From contig CACKEY010000002.1 of assembly GCA_902599315.1 (NCBI GenBank), positions 151,647-215,646 on the forward strand: 64,000 nt of DNA, in the 5' to 3' direction. The position numbers and the translations under genes were made by a program. This document shows, piece by piece, positions 30,190 to 45,013 of this stretch. The notes under the pieces are model-generated. The model saw only the letters and a program-made list of their open reading frames with translations. It had not been told where the DNA came from and searched no databases. This stretch comes from an uncultured SAR86 cluster bacterium. GTDB lineage: Bacteria; Pseudomonadota; Gammaproteobacteria; Magnimaribacterales; D2472. Position 1 is the stretch's first letter; each line of letters starts with the position of its first letter.

Positions 30190-31823
30190 TGGAATTTAAC
30201 GCAGCCGACATATTTGAAGGAGTTGTTGATAGAGTTCCTGAAAGAGAAGCAGTTGTTTATGGTTCTACTCGATTAACTTATAAAGAATTAGATGCTCGTA
30301 GCAACAAAGCAGCCAATGCTCTCAAAAAACTTGGCATAAAAAAAGGAAGTCATATTGGAATATATGCTTTTAATTGCATTGAGTGGCTGGAAATTATGCT
30401 TGGTACATATAAGCTCTGCGCCATTCCAATAAATATAAATTATCGGTATGTTGAAGAAGAACTAAAGTATTTAATTGATAATGCTGATGTAGAAGCTATT
30501 TTTTATCAGAAACAATTTTCTACAAAAATTAATAACATTAAAGATGATTTACCATTATTGAAAGACTTTGTCTGTATAAGTGATGGAACTGATGGGGGCG
30601 ATATTGTCGAAAATAACTTAGATTTCGAGGGCTTGATTGCAAATGAAAGCGAATCAAGATTGACGGTCGAAAGATCTGGTGATGATCAATACATACTATA
30701 TACAGGTGGAACTACAGGAATGCCGAAAGGAGTTGTGTGGCGCATGGAAGACGTACTCATGACTCTTGGTGGAGGGATTGATGCTGTGACTGGTGAAAAA
30801 TACCCAACACCTGAAGCCTTCGCAGATAAATGCTTACAAGATCAAACCGTAGCTCTTGCATTAGCCCCTTTCATGCATGGAGGAGCTCAATGGCAGTCTT
30901 TTAATTCATTCTTTTCTGGCTGGAAACTGGTAATCAATGACCAAGCTTCATTTGATGCAGATTATATTTGGGAAATTGTTGCAAAAGAGAAAGTAATGAA
31001 TCTTACCATCATGGGAGATGCAATGGGGCGCCCCCTTTGTGATGCCCTGCCAGGAGCATTAAAAAAAGGCTTAGACCTATCATCATTATTTGTTTTTTCA
31101 AGTACAGCCTCTGTTTTTAGCCCTTCTATTAAAGACACTATTTTGGAATATCTACCCAACTTATTTTTAATTGACGCAGTGGGTTCATCTGAGACAGGCG
31201 CCACTGGCGTAAATATTCACACTAAAGACGGAAAATTAAAAGACTCAGGTGGCGGTCCTAAATTCACCAAGCCAAATTTTAGTGAAATTTTAAATCTCGA
31301 TACACTAGAGATAATTCAACCAGATGATACAGAAACTATTGGTTATCTCGCAAGAAAAGGTCATGTTCCACTGGCTTATTACAAAGATGAAGAGAAATCT
31401 AAAAAAACTTTTATTGAGGTCAATGGTGAGAGGTATTCAATACCTGGAGATATGGCAAAATATGAAGAAGATGGTCAGATGACTCTTCTTGGTAGAGGGA
31501 GTGTTTCAATTAATTCGGGTGGTGAAAAAATATTTCCAGAAGAAGTTGAGATGGCACTAAAAGCACATTCAAATGTTTTTGACTGTTTGGTTGTGGGAGT
31601 AAAAGATGAAAAATGGGGACAAAAAGTAGTTGCTGTGATACAAAGAAGAGATGAGCAGGATCTACTTCTTGATGATTTAAAAGAAAGCGCTTCTAAGTAT
31701 ATTGCTAGCTATAAAATGCCAAAAGAAATTGTCTTTTCCGAAATAATTGAAAGAGCGCCATCAGGTAAACCTAATTATCAATGGGCTCAAAATTATGCAA
31801 ACTCAAAACTTAACATAAAATAA
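30189..31823 (+). CDS. Acyl-CoA synthetase, FadD19-like
   Basis: NINYRYVEEEL, YTGGTTGMPKGVVWR, GDAMGRP, LLGRGSVSINSGGEK, SGKPNY. Confidence 0.85.
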   Translation: MEFNAADIFEGVVDRVPEREAVVYGSTRLTYKELDARSNKAANALKKLGIKKGSHIGIYAFNCIEWLEIMLGTYKLCAIPININYRYVEEELKYLIDNADVEAIFYQKQFSTKINNIKDDLPLLKDFVCISDGTDGGDIVENNLDFEGLIANESESRLTVERSGDDQYILYTGGTTGMPKGVVWRMEDVLMTLGGGIDAVTGEKYPTPEAFADKCLQDQTVALALAPFMHGGAQWQSFNSFFSGWKLVINDQASFDADYIWEIVAKEKVMNLTIMGDAMGRPLCDALPGALKKGLDLSSLFVFSSTASVFSPSIKDTILEYLPNLFLIDAVGSSETGATGVNIHTKDGKLKDSGGGPKFTKPNFSEILNLDTLEIIQPDDTETIGYLARKGHVPLAYYKDEEKSKKTFIEVNGERYSIPGDMAKYEEDGQMTLLGRGSVSINSGGEKIFPEEVEMALKAHSNVFDCLVVGVKDEKWGQKVVAVIQRRDEQDLLLDDLKESASKYIASYKMPKEIVFSEIIERAPSGKPNYQWAQNYANSKLNIK

Positions 31824-31824
31824 T

Positions 31825-32847
31825 ATGAGAATTGAAACATATATACCTGGCCTTTCAAAAAATACGATTGAAATCGTCAAACATGCTGAATCACTTGGAT
31901 ATGATGCCTTGGTTTCAGGCGAGCTTAACAATGAGCCTTTTCTTCCAGTTTTGCTTGGTTTAGAACATTCAAAAAAAATGATAGTTAGAACTGGATTGGC
32001 AATAGCTTTCCCTAGAAGTCCTATGACAGTAGCAAATATGGGTTGGGACCTACAATCTTTTGGTGATGGTCGCTTTCAACTTGGTTTAGGAACTCAAGTA
32101 AAAGGGCACAATGAAAGAAGATTTAGCGTACCTTGGTCTCCTCCTGCACCCAGAATGCGTGAATACATATTAGCGGTTAAAGCAATTTGGAATACATGGA
32201 AAACGGGAGAGAAGCTAGATTTTCAAGGCGAACATTATACTCATACTCTCATGACACCAATGTTTACTCCACCGCCAATGGATTTTGAGGTGCCCCCAAT
32301 TTATGTTTCTGGACTTGGGCCTGGTATGGCAAGAATTGCAGGAGAAGTGGCTGACGGATTACTGCTCCATCCCATGTGCTCTCCAAAATATATCAATGAT
32401 ATTATTGTGCCAGCAGTAATTGAGGGAGCGAAAAAATCAGGAAGAGACCCTAAAGAATGTGAGTTACTCTGGGGTGGTTTTATTGCTACTGGTGAATCTG
32501 AAGAAGATCTCCAAATAGCAAAAAGAAACGTTGCTGCAAGAATTAGTTTCTATGCCTCCACCAGAACATATAGACCAGCATTAGAGTTTCATGGGTGGGA
32601 AGAAATAAATGAGGCCCTTCATAAACTTTCTGTTGAAGGAAAATGGGAGGAGATGTTTTCTCTTGTTACTGACGAAATGGTTGAGACGCTTGGTTTCTGT
32701 GGAACTGGTGAAGAGGTAGCTAATGCCCTAAAAGATAATTTAAGTCCCATATGCAGTGCTGCGATGTGGAATGAAGTTGAGCATTTAGGAGTAGATCATT
32801 CAAGAGATGATCATGTTGGTAATTTAATACAAATTGCTAAAGGATAA
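31825..32847 (+). CDS. Luciferase-like (LLM) oxidoreductase, TIGR03617-like putative F420-dependent family
   Basis: AIAFPRSPM, GRFQLGLGTQVKGHNERRFSVPW, HTLMTPMF, FYASTRTY. Confidence 0.8.
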   Translation: MRIETYIPGLSKNTIEIVKHAESLGYDALVSGELNNEPFLPVLLGLEHSKKMIVRTGLAIAFPRSPMTVANMGWDLQSFGDGRFQLGLGTQVKGHNERRFSVPWSPPAPRMREYILAVKAIWNTWKTGEKLDFQGEHYTHTLMTPMFTPPPMDFEVPPIYVSGLGPGMARIAGEVADGLLLHPMCSPKYINDIIVPAVIEGAKKSGRDPKECELLWGGFIATGESEEDLQIAKRNVAARISFYASTRTYRPALEFHGWEEINEALHKLSVEGKWEEMFSLVTDEMVETLGFCGTGEEVANALKDNLSPICSAAMWNEVEHLGVDHSRDDHVGNLIQIAKG

Positions 32848-34272
32848 ATGGTCCCAATAAAGCCTCATGCTTATGCTGAGCTTCCTGATGAATTTCATAC
32901 TTGTCAAATGTGGCAAGGATTTAAAAATCCTTTGTTGGTTACCCAAAATGTTGAGTTAAAAAAAGAATTGGGGTTTCAAGATGTTGAAACACAAAAACTC
33001 TTAGAAATCTTTAATGGCTCATTTAAAATCAAATCATTAAAACCATTATCTATGGTTTATTCAGGTCATCAATTTGGGCAATATGTTGAGAAATTAGGTG
33101 ACGGACGAGGATTATTACTTGGACAGACAGATTCTGCTGAAGGAGTAATTGATATTCATTTAAAAGGAGCAGGTAAAACTCCTTACTCTAGATTTGGGGA
33201 TGGAAGAGCTGTTTTGCGTTCTGTGATAAGAGAATATTTATGTGGAGAGGCAATGCATGCTCTATCGATTCCAACCTCAAGAGCATTGATGATCATTGGA
33301 AGTGACGAAATAGTTATCAGAGAGAAAAGTGAAACAGCTGCAATGCTTGCAAGAACCTCCAAAACTCATATTCGATTTGGTAATTTTGAATATTTTCATT
33401 ACAACAATAAACCAGAGCATGTTAAAGCTTTAGCTGATTTTTGTATTGATAATTATTCTAATTATTTCTCTAAAACTAAAGATGTTTACGAAGACTTCTT
33501 TAAGTCAATTGTTGATCAAACAGCAAGCTTAATTGCGCAATGGCAAGCTTATGGTTTTAATCATGGTGTTATGAATACTGATAACATGAGTATTTTAGGA
33601 GAAACTTTTGATTATGGTCCCTTTGGATTTATGGAAGATTACCTACCTACTTATGTATGTAATCATTCAGACCATCAGGGTAGATATGCATTTAAGAATC
33701 AGCCATATATAGGTTTATGGAATTGCTCAGCTCTTGGCCATGCTTTATCTTCCTTGATTTCTGAAGAATGCCAAGGCGAGATTCTAAAAACTTATGAATC
33801 TACTTTTCAAGATTGTCTTGCAGAGTTATATAGAAAAAGATTGGGATTAAGAAAATCTAAGAATGGTGATGCTCATTTAATTCAAAGTTTATTGGATATT
33901 ATGGAGTCTGAAAAACTAGACTATACAAATACATTTAGAAATCTTGCGACGGCAGTTAATAAAGATCATACTGCTGAACTTAGTTCAGATGTAGCTAAAG
34001 CATGGATTAAATCCTATCAAAAACGTCAGGAAGTTGAGATTACTTCTTCAGAAAGAAAAATAAAGTTGCTCAATGAAAATAATCCTAAGTTTATTCTTAG
34101 AAATTATATGGCACAAGAAGCAATTGAGGCGGCAGAGGAATCAGATTTCACTGTAATTGAGAAATTTATTAAAGTTATTACAAATCCCTTTAGTGAGTTG
34201 GATGAATATCAACACTATGCAGAGAAGTCACCAGCATGGGCAAAAGATTTAGAAATATCCTGCTCTTCCTAA
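32848..34272 (+). CDS. selO: Protein adenylyltransferase SelO (YdiU)
   Basis: YSGHQFG, LGDGRG, KGAGKTPYSRFGDGRAV, HGVMNTDN, DYGP, terminal CSS. Confidence 0.95.
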   Translation: MVPIKPHAYAELPDEFHTCQMWQGFKNPLLVTQNVELKKELGFQDVETQKLLEIFNGSFKIKSLKPLSMVYSGHQFGQYVEKLGDGRGLLLGQTDSAEGVIDIHLKGAGKTPYSRFGDGRAVLRSVIREYLCGEAMHALSIPTSRALMIIGSDEIVIREKSETAAMLARTSKTHIRFGNFEYFHYNNKPEHVKALADFCIDNYSNYFSKTKDVYEDFFKSIVDQTASLIAQWQAYGFNHGVMNTDNMSILGETFDYGPFGFMEDYLPTYVCNHSDHQGRYAFKNQPYIGLWNCSALGHALSSLISEECQGEILKTYESTFQDCLAELYRKRLGLRKSKNGDAHLIQSLLDIMESEKLDYTNTFRNLATAVNKDHTAELSSDVAKAWIKSYQKRQEVEITSSERKIKLLNENNPKFILRNYMAQEAIEAAEESDFTVIEKFIKVITNPFSELDEYQHYAEKSPAWAKDLEISCSS

Positions 34273-35379
34273 ATCATAAAAAAACTCAATATCTAATTTT
34301 TTATCTAATTGAGTAATCTTTTTAAACGAAAATGAATTGAAGTCGTGCCTTGGCGGATGATTTTCCCTGAGAGATCTAAATCCTCTTTCTATTTCTTCTA
34401 TAGAAAGAGCTTTTAATGAAGCTGAAATAGATTTGAGATCTAGCTCACTATTAAAGAGCGCCAATGGAAATGACATATCATGAACATCTTGAATAATGTT
34501 ACTGATCTCATAAGGCCAATTTGGCATTTTCTCAGTTTTATCTGCTTCAGTTTTCAAGCATTGAAATTGTTTTGCGCAGTTCTCAGCAATTATTTTGGCG
34601 CCATTCAGTTTTCCTTCGATGCTGTAACCTGCAATATGAGGTGTTGCGATGTAAGATTTTTGTATCAATTCTCGAGATGGTGAAGGCTCATTGATCCAAA
34701 CATCGGAAATATAAATTAAGTCTTTTGCTTGCATGACTAATGCTTCTGATACAACTTCACCTCTAGAGGTATTAATAATTAATTTATTAGATAATTTTTT
34801 TATATGAGAATCATTTAGTAAATTAATTGTTGGGTAAGAACCATGAATAGTAAGAGGCACATGCACTGTCACCAAATCACATTCAAGCAAACTTTCTAAA
34901 TCAATTAATTCAGATTTTGAGATAAATGGATCGCATGCATAAACATCAAAGTTTAAAGCTTTGAGAATTTTATATAGCCTTTTTCCGATATTGCCATAAC
35001 CAAGTATGCCAATGCTCTGATTTTTCTGAAAAAGCTTGTCTTTAATCAACTCTCCTATTGCCGCTAATACATAATGAATAACACTATAAGCATTGCAACC
35101 AGGAGCATATGACCAAGCAATATGCTCACTTTCTAAAAAATCTATATCTAAATGATTAACTCCTGCAGTTGCGGAAGCAATAAAACTAACTCCTGTACCC
35201 TCACAAAGCGCACGATTTACAGAGAGTGTTGAGCGAACAAATAAAGCATCAATATTTTTAAGATCAAAAGCTGATACAGTGCTTGAATCAAAAAATTTTA
35301 ATGAATATTTAGTATCTAGTAGATCATCTAATCTAGATTTAATTTCAGGAATTTGGAAATCAGCTGCTATGTTGATCAA
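34249..35379 (-). CDS. pdxB: Erythronate-4-phosphate dehydrogenase
   Basis: LFVRS, SATAG, APGCNA, HVPL, INTSRGEV, TPHIAGYSIEGK. Confidence 0.85.
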   Translation of the reverse strand: MINIAADFQIPEIKSRLDDLLDTKYSLKFFDSSTVSAFDLKNIDALFVRSTLSVNRALCEGTGVSFIASATAGVNHLDIDFLESEHIAWSYAPGCNAYSVIHYVLAAIGELIKDKLFQKNQSIGILGYGNIGKRLYKILKALNFDVYACDPFISKSELIDLESLLECDLVTVHVPLTIHGSYPTINLLNDSHIKKLSNKLIINTSRGEVVSEALVMQAKDLIYISDVWINEPSPSRELIQKSYIATPHIAGYSIEGKLNGAKIIAENCAKQFQCLKTEADKTEKMPNWPYEISNIIQDVHDMSFPLALFNSELDLKSISASLKALSIEEIERGFRSLRENHPPRHDFNSFSFKKITQLDKKLDIEFFYDLGRAGYF

Positions 35380-36095
35380 TGAGATTTATCCCTAAATATA
35401 ATACTTTTTATCCATCCAAATAATGAATTTTGACCTAGTGTATAGCGATCAAGTAAGTCAAAATCTTTTGCAAGCTTAACTGGATTCTTAAAAAAATCTT
35501 TGCGGGTTGTAAATTCGCCTTCATCTAAATCTCTGATAAATATTGCCGGATTGCCTGCATAAATAGTATTTTTAGGAATATCTTTTGTAACTACTGATCT
35601 GGCTCCGACAATACTGTTTTTACCAATTTTTACTCCCTTGCAAATCATTGCATCTTCTCCAATCCAAACATTTTCTTCAAGGGTTACTGGCTTTGGATCA
35701 CCGACAACTTTTGTTCTATCATAAATTCCATGCCAGTCAGCATCAGTGATACAGGCTCCATGCCCAAACATACAAGAGTCTCCAATTACAACCCTATCAG
35801 CTGCCATAATTCTTACACCAGGAGAGATTAAAACGTAATTCCCAATTTCAACCTCTCCATTCCAATCACCAGTGTCCCAACTAGTTATTTGTATATAATC
35901 ATCTGGAGCAGAAATAAACGTAGGAAAATTCCCAACGGAAATATTTGAACCAAAAAGCTTGATATATCTTGGCTTAAAAAAAACTGGTCCCTTTCCTAAA
36001 TTTTTAAACTGAGGTCGAATAAATCTATTGACATATCTTATATTCAACTTAGAGGCAATTCTTTTTAACCAGTATGGGCGACTATCTCTTCTAAT
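35376..36095 (-). CDS. Hexapeptide-repeat (LbH) acyltransferase; start probably ATT at 36095, otherwise TTG at 36047
   Basis: Hexapeptide repeats, ITDADWH, VGARSVVTKD, AGNPA; frame stays open upstream as IRRDSRPYWLK behind a GGAG SD. Confidence 0.8.
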   Translation of the reverse strand: MRRDSRPYWLKRIASKLNIRYVNRFIRPQFKNLGKGPVFFKPRYIKLFGSNISVGNFPTFISAPDDYIQITSWDTGDWNGEVEIGNYVLISPGVRIMAADRVVIGDSCMFGHGACITDADWHGIYDRTKVVGDPKPVTLEENVWIGEDAMICKGVKIGKNSIVGARSVVTKDIPKNTIYAGNPAIFIRDLDEGEFTTRKDFFKNPVKLAKDFDLLDRYTLGQNSLFGWIKSIIFRDKSH

Positions 36096-36126
36096 TTTAT
36101 ATCTCCAATTTTAATTTGGTCCTTGT

Positions 36127-37530
36127 ATGATAAAGTACCGAGGAATTTCTGGGCTTATTTTTTTGAAAAACTTACTAAAAGAATTAAAACAATTACTTAA
36201 GATAGGTGTTCCAATTTATGGTTCACAAATATCTTATATGGGTATGGGAGTTACAGATACCATTGTTGCTGGAAGAGCAAGCGCCCTAGACTTATCTGGA
36301 TTAGCAATAGGTAATGCTCTCTCAATGCCTTTTTATTTTTTGCTTGGCGGATGTCTATTTGCTGTAACACCAATAGTAGCTCAGCTTTTTGGAGCAAAAA
36401 AATATGAAGAGATTGGTCAAAAAGTTCGAGAAATTCTTTGGGTCAGCATAGCTCTTGGACTTATTGGATTTATTCTCTATAGAAATTTAAGTTTTTTCAT
36501 TCCTTTTTTTGATATTGAAGAAAATATTGCTCTAATTTCAGATGGTTATTTGAAAGCTATGTCATATGGTTTTATTGCCAATATGATTTTTACATGTCTT
36601 CGTTGCTACAGCGAAGGTATGGGCCTGACTCTTCCTGTTTTTTGGGTTGCTTTCATTGGGTTGCTACTTAATATTCCACTAGATATTATTTTTGTTTACG
36701 GATATTTTGGAATCCCTCCAATGGGTGGAGTTGGCTGTGGAATCGCAACATCAATAAATATAGTTATTGGAGTCATTGTTTTGGTGCTCGTGATTCTTAA
36801 AAAGAAGGAATATGCGCCAACAAAAATATTTTCAAAATTTTCACCTCCAAACTCAGAAACTACAAAAGAAGCCCTAAAACTTGGGCTGCCTATTGGTTTT
36901 GGAGTCTTTGTGGAATTAAGTATGTTTTCAGGAGCTGCTTTAATACTTGGGTCACTTGGATCATCTGTTATCAGTGGCCATACAGTAGCAATTAATATAG
37001 TAAGTGTTTTATTTATTTTGCCATTATCTTTTGGTCTGGCAGCTGCAACAAGAATAGGAAATCTAGTTGGAGAAGTAGAATTTGAAAAAGCTAAATATGC
37101 TTCTCACGTTGCTATTTTAATCTGTTTAAGTGGAGCTATACTGAACATGGCGGTTATTTTAATATTTAGGGAAAGCCTAGTCTCAATTTATTCCTCTGAC
37201 GTTGCTATTATTTCAATCGCAATTAATCTTTTGCTGTTCGGAGCAATTTTTCAGATTCCTGATGGAATGCAAATGGGAGCGCTAGGCAGCCTGAGAGGTT
37301 ATAAAGATGCCTTCGCTCCTATGCTAATGATAATTTTGACTTACTGGTTTATCGCTCTGCCCTTAGGATATTATTTAACTTATTTTGGAATACTTGGAAA
37401 TCCAATGGGTCCTTCAGGCATTTGGGTTGGCATGATTACAGGATTAACAATATTCGCAAGCATGATAATTCCAAGACTAAATTATATTGCCAATAAGTTT
37501 ATAAGTAGGCCTATCCGAGAACTTCCTTAG
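36127..37530 (+). CDS. MATE-family efflux transporter (NorM-like)
   Basis: Many TM segments; [26 protein letters not shown]. Confidence 0.9.
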   Translation: MIKYRGISGLIFLKNLLKELKQLLKIGVPIYGSQISYMGMGVTDTIVAGRASALDLSGLAIGNALSMPFYFLLGGCLFAVTPIVAQLFGAKKYEEIGQKVREILWVSIALGLIGFILYRNLSFFIPFFDIEENIALISDGYLKAMSYGFIANMIFTCLRCYSEGMGLTLPVFWVAFIGLLLNIPLDIIFVYGYFGIPPMGGVGCGIATSINIVIGVIVLVLVILKKKEYAPTKIFSKFSPPNSETTKEALKLGLPIGFGVFVELSMFSGAALILGSLGSSVISGHTVAINIVSVLFILPLSFGLAAATRIGNLVGEVEFEKAKYASHVAILICLSGAILNMAVILIFRESLVSIYSSDVAIISIAINLLLFGAIFQIPDGMQMGALGSLRGYKDAFAPMLMIILTYWFIALPLGYYLTYFGILGNPMGPSGIWVGMITGLTIFASMIIPRLNYIANKFISRPIRELP

Positions 37531-38376
37531 TTTTAGTTCCAATTTGAAGCAAATTTTCTGCAATATGCACACCACATTCCTTTAACTTCTTAATTTTATC
37601 AGCAGCCGTTCCTTTGCCGCCAGCAATAATTGCCCCAGCATGACCCATCCTCTTTCCAGCCGGAGCTGTTTGGCCAGCTATATATGAAATAACTGGTTTA
37701 GATACATTATCTTTAATGTATTCAGCAGCCTCTTCCTCAGCTGTACCACCAATTTCGCCCACCATAACTATAGCTTTAGTTTGATCATCAGCCTCCAACA
37801 TTTTTAAAACATCAATAAAGGAAGTGCCTGGAATTGGATCTCCACCAATACCAATACATGTGCTTTGACCCAAGCCTAAATCTGATGTCTGTTTAACAGC
37901 TTCGTAAGTTAAAGTGCCAGATCTAGAAATGATGCCAACTGAGCCTTTCATATGAATACTGCCAGGCATAATACCTAACTTTGCCTCACCAGGAGTGATT
38001 ATTCCTGGGCAATTTGGTCCTATTAAAGTTACATCTAGCTCATCAACTTTCTTTTTAACAATCAACATATCTAAAGTTGGAATACCTTCAGTGATACAGA
38101 TAATTAATTTTATCCCTGCATCGGCAGCTTCTAAAATTGAATCTTTGCAAAATTGTGCTGGGACAAAAATAATTGATGCGTTGGGTTCTACCTCTTCAAC
38201 AGCCTCATGAACAGAATTAAAAACTGGTATATCTAAATGTTTCTGCCCGCCCTTTCCTGGGGTAACGCCTCCAACAATATTGGTTCCATATTCTATGGAC
38301 TGTTCAGAGTGCAAAGTTGCTTGCGAACCGGTAAAGCCTTGAACTAAAAGACGTGTTTTTTTATCAACTAATATGC

Positions 38377-38380
<4 letters not shown>
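37511..38380 (-). CDS. sucD: Succinyl-CoA ligase alpha subunit
   Basis: [21 protein letters not shown]. Confidence 0.98.
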
Positions 38381-40952
<2,572 letters not shown>

Positions 40953-40961
40953 CTACAGACC

Positions 40962-42185
40962 TTATAAGTTTAATAAAAGTTTTTCGGGAGATTCTAATTG
41001 ATCTTTAATTGCTATTAGAAAAGAGACAGCTTCTTTTCCATCTAGTAAGCGATGATCATAACTTAAGGCTAGATACATCATTGGACGAATTACTATTTCT
41101 CCGTCGATTGCCACTGGACGATCTTGGATTGTATGCATTCCTAAAATTGCAGTTTGCGGAGCGTTTAGGATAGGAGTAGATAACAAAGACCCAAATACTC
41201 CACCATTAGAAATTGTAAATGTACCACCCTGCATTTCTGAGATTGATAATTTTCCATGCCTTGCTTTTTCTGAATAATCTAAAATAGATTTTTCAACATC
41301 AGCTATCCTTAAATTACCTGCATCTCTTATAACTGGAACAACCAGACCTCTGTCCGTAGAAACAGCAACTCCTATGTCCTGATATCCATGATAAACAATA
41401 TCGTTACCATCAATAGAAGCATTTACAACAGGAAATTTCTTTAACGCTTGTACTGCTGCCAAAACAAAGAAACCCATAAAACCTAATTTCACCCCGTGCT
41501 CTTCTTCAAATTCATTTCCATATTTTGTTCGCAGGTCTTTGATTGGCTTTAGGTCAACCTCATTAAAAGTGGTAAGCATTGCTGTTTCCTGCTTAACAGT
41601 TAGCAATCTATTGGCTATTGTTGAGCGAAGCCTAGACATGGGCACTCTTTCTTCAAGCCTCTCATCAGAAGATGATGCAACCTTAACGGATGGACTCATA
41701 GATTTCTCTTGATCTTGACTAACAGGTTCATCCAAATGATTTACGATATCTGATTTAGTAATTCTTCCATTTTTTCCAGATCCACTAATATCGCTTTCAT
41801 TTAGCTCATGTTCTTTTAAGAGCTTTTTGACTGCGGGTCCATTTTTAATAGATGAATCTTTAATCTCATTGCTGATTTCAACAGATTTTTCTTTTTCAGG
41901 CTCAGCAATAATTTCATTCTTTGAAGTATCAAATGCCTGATTTATATCTTCTTTTCTGAATTCTGCTATTAATTCAGCACTAAGAACAGTTTCTCCAGCA
42001 GGTTTAAGAACTTTTGAAACGACCCCATCGAATGGAGCAACAACCTCTAGTACAACTTTATCAGTTTCAATTTCAGCAATTACTTCATCCTGCTTAACAC
42101 TATCGCCTTCTTTTTTAACCCAGTTCGCAATCGTTCCGTCTGCTACCGATTCAGGAAATGTTGGTGATTTTATTTCAGTTGTCAT
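40962..42185 (-). CDS. sucB: 2-oxoglutarate dehydrogenase E2
   Basis: Lipoyl [14 protein letters not shown]. Confidence 0.97.
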   Translation of the reverse strand: MTTEIKSPTFPESVADGTIANWVKKEGDSVKQDEVIAEIETDKVVLEVVAPFDGVVSKVLKPAGETVLSAELIAEFRKEDINQAFDTSKNEIIAEPEKEKSVEISNEIKDSSIKNGPAVKKLLKEHELNESDISGSGKNGRITKSDIVNHLDEPVSQDQEKSMSPSVKVASSSDERLEERVPMSRLRSTIANRLLTVKQETAMLTTFNEVDLKPIKDLRTKYGNEFEEEHGVKLGFMGFFVLAAVQALKKFPVVNASIDGNDIVYHGYQDIGVAVSTDRGLVVPVIRDAGNLRIADVEKSILDYSEKARHGKLSISEMQGGTFTISNGGVFGSLLSTPILNAPQTAILGMHTIQDRPVAIDGEIVIRPMMYLALSYDHRLLDGKEAVSFLIAIKDQLESPEKLLLNL

Positions 42186-42187
42186 TT

Positions 42188-45010
42188 TTATTTCTCATTT
42201 GTTAGAGCTTCTATTACTAGCGCTTCTTGTTGTTGAATATGTAATTTATTTAAACCTACAGCTGGAGCGGATGAAGCTTCACGACTGACCAATCCTATTT
42301 CTGCTTTTAAATTTAACCTATCTATAACTTCTTGCAGTCTATGTCTGTGGTTGTACCAGGCTCCTTGATTTGTTGGTTCTTCTTGGCACCATACAAAGCT
42401 TGTTGCATTTTTATAGGTTTTTAAGATTTTTTCGAGAGTATCGTAAGGAAACGGATAAAGCTGCTCAATCCTAATTATGGCAGTAGAATCCAAACCAAGA
42501 TCATCTCTTTTTGAGGCTAAATCATAGAAAACTTTTCCTGAACACATAATTATTTTGCTTACTTTTTCGGGTGAATCAACCGGATCATCAATTACATATT
42601 TAAAGGAACCTTCTGTTAGTTCGTCTAAAGCAGATACTGCGTTTGGGTTTCTAAGAAGACTTTTTGGCGAAATCACTACAAGTGGTCTTCTCATCATTCG
42701 AATAGTTTGGAGTCTCAGTAAATGATATATTTGTGCAGGAGTGCTAGGAACACAAACTTGAATGTTTTCGTATGCACACAGTTGCAAAAATCTTTCCAGT
42801 CTTGCGCTACTATGCTCAGGACCTTGTCCTTCATAACCATGCGGAAGCAGCATGACTAATCCAGAGAGTCTTTCCCATTTGTGTTCAGCAGAAACAATAA
42901 ATTGATCAATAACAACCTGCGCTCCATTAACGAAGTCGCCAAATTGAGCCTCCCACATGACCAGTCCTTTTGGACTCGTTGCAGAATAACCATATTCAAA
43001 ACCAAGGACAGCTTCTTCAGATAAAAGCGAGTCATATACATCAAATGTTGTATCTGCATTTTTTGCAATATCAACTAAAGGTATGCAGCCTCTTCCATCC
43101 TGTTGATTTAACACAATGGCATGACGATGCGAAAATGTTCCCCGTCTTATGTCTTGCCCAGAAAATCTTATTGGATAGCCTTGATCGAGCAAGGTTGCAT
43201 ATGCCATATTCTCTGCAAAGCCCCAATTAACAGGAATTTTTCCCTCTGCCATTTGGCGTCTGTCAGAAAAAATTTTATCTACCTGCTTTTGTAAAGTGAA
43301 ATCTTTGGGAGGCATAAATGCTTTGTCAGCAAGATCTTTGAATCTTTTCTTACCAAATGAAGACTTGATTTTAACATCTCCTTTTTGATCCATATATGGA
43401 GTCCAGTCAAACCACATTGACTCATTTGGTTTTGTAGCAAGATTATGAACAACAGAGTCTCCCTTTTCTATCGCTGACCTATAATTTTTTTCTATCTCAT
43501 CACACTCAGATTGACTAGTAACTCCTGATGAAATGAGTTTTTCCTGATATGCTCTTTTCACAGAAATTTGCTTAGCAATTTTTTGATACATGATAGGTTG
43601 AGTTGAAGACGGCTCATCAGCCTCATTGTGGCCCCTTCGTCTATAGCAAAACATATCTATAACAATATCTTTTTTAAAGTTGTATCTATATTCACATGCT
43701 AATTTTGCAGCAAAAACTACCATTTCTGGATCATCTCCATTTACATGAAGAACCGGAGCTTCAACCATTTTTGCAACATCAGTTGCATATTGCGTTGATC
43801 GTGAATCTTCCTCATTTGAAGTGGTAAAACCTATTTGATTATTGACTATGACGTGGATGGTGCCTCCAACTCCGTAACCTCTAGTTTGAGACATTTGAAG
43901 GGTTTCCATCACAACTCCTTGCCCAGAAAAAGATGCATCTCCATGAATTAAAATTGGAATTACTAATTCTTTGTTGTTATCTTTGATTCTATCTTGTCTT
44001 CCTCTGACTGAACCGAGGACAACTGGATCGACAATTTCAAGATGAGACGGATTATTTGCTAGTGATACGTGCACCTCTCCATTAGGAGTTAAGATATTGG
44101 TTGAAGAACCAAGATGATACTTTACATCTCCAGTGCTAGCGCCCTCTAGTTCATAATCTTCTTCAAATTCGTTAAATAGTTCTTTTGGAGATTTCCCCAG
44201 AACATTTACCAACAGATTTAATCTACCTCTATGAGCCATTCCAAAACAAATTTGTTCAGCTCCAAATACTCCACAATTTTGAATAAGACTATCGACTAGC
44301 GGAATTAATGATTCAGCACCATCAATTCCGAATCTTTTCATACCTGGATATCTTGATGCCAAGAATTTTGCAAGGCCTTCCGCTGAACTTAAGCGCTTCA
44401 AAATATATTTTTGCTCTTCAGGATCAAAATTTAATTTACCTAAGTTGGGTTCTAGGCGTTTTTGAAACCACAATCTCTCAGGTAATGAGGAAATATGATT
44501 ATATTCAATACCCAAAGTCTGACAATATATTGATTCTAATGCTTTTAAAATTTCTGACAAAGATGCTGATCTTTTGCCTATATTGAATGAATCTAAGTTA
44601 AAAACTTCTGATAGATTTGATGAGTCTAATCCATAAAATTCAATCTCTAAATCATCTGCATGTCTGATCGGTTTTAATCCCAAGGGATCTAAATTTGCTT
44701 TTTGATGTCCTCTATTTCTATATGCTTCAATTACTTGAAATACTTTAGTTTGATTAACATTTGATTGAGTTTCCCCTGAAATATTTTGAATTGAAGGATT
44801 AACTTCGTCTTCTTTAAACCTTTTAATAACTTCTTGATGAGAAATTTCTTCATTTGAACCATTTACTTGAGGCAAGGAATCAAAATATATTTTCCAATCT
44901 TCAGGAATTGAAGAAGAGTCCTCTAAGTAAGACTCATATAGGGATTCCAAATATGCGCTTTGAGCACCTGCGGTATGAGAAGTTGACCGAAGATGTTCCA
45001 TATTATTCAT
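42188..45010 (-). CDS. sucA: 2-oxoglutarate dehydrogenase E1
   Basis: [33 protein letters not shown]. Confidence 0.98.
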   Translation of the reverse strand: MNNMEHLRSTSHTAGAQSAYLESLYESYLEDSSSIPEDWKIYFDSLPQVNGSNEEISHQEVIKRFKEDEVNPSIQNISGETQSNVNQTKVFQVIEAYRNRGHQKANLDPLGLKPIRHADDLEIEFYGLDSSNLSEVFNLDSFNIGKRSASLSEILKALESIYCQTLGIEYNHISSLPERLWFQKRLEPNLGKLNFDPEEQKYILKRLSSAEGLAKFLASRYPGMKRFGIDGAESLIPLVDSLIQNCGVFGAEQICFGMAHRGRLNLLVNVLGKSPKELFNEFEEDYELEGASTGDVKYHLGSSTNILTPNGEVHVSLANNPSHLEIVDPVVLGSVRGRQDRIKDNNKELVIPILIHGDASFSGQGVVMETLQMSQTRGYGVGGTIHVIVNNQIGFTTSNEEDSRSTQYATDVAKMVEAPVLHVNGDDPEMVVFAAKLACEYRYNFKKDIVIDMFCYRRRGHNEADEPSSTQPIMYQKIAKQISVKRAYQEKLISSGVTSQSECDEIEKNYRSAIEKGDSVVHNLATKPNESMWFDWTPYMDQKGDVKIKSSFGKKRFKDLADKAFMPPKDFTLQKQVDKIFSDRRQMAEGKIPVNWGFAENMAYATLLDQGYPIRFSGQDIRRGTFSHRHAIVLNQQDGRGCIPLVDIAKNADTTFDVYDSLLSEEAVLGFEYGYSATSPKGLVMWEAQFGDFVNGAQVVIDQFIVSAEHKWERLSGLVMLLPHGYEGQGPEHSSARLERFLQLCAYENIQVCVPSTPAQIYHLLRLQTIRMMRRPLVVISPKSLLRNPNAVSALDELTEGSFKYVIDDPVDSPEKVSKIIMCSGKVFYDLASKRDDLGLDSTAIIRIEQLYPFPYDTLEKILKTYKNATSFVWCQEEPTNQGAWYNHRHRLQEVIDRLNLKAEIGLVSREASSAPAVGLNKLHIQQQEALVIEALTNEK

Positions 45011-45013
45011 TTG

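Noticed and set aside
34258-34272. Selenocysteine in SelO
   Set aside because: The gene ends TGC TCT TCC TAA (CSS-stop) with no in-frame UGA.
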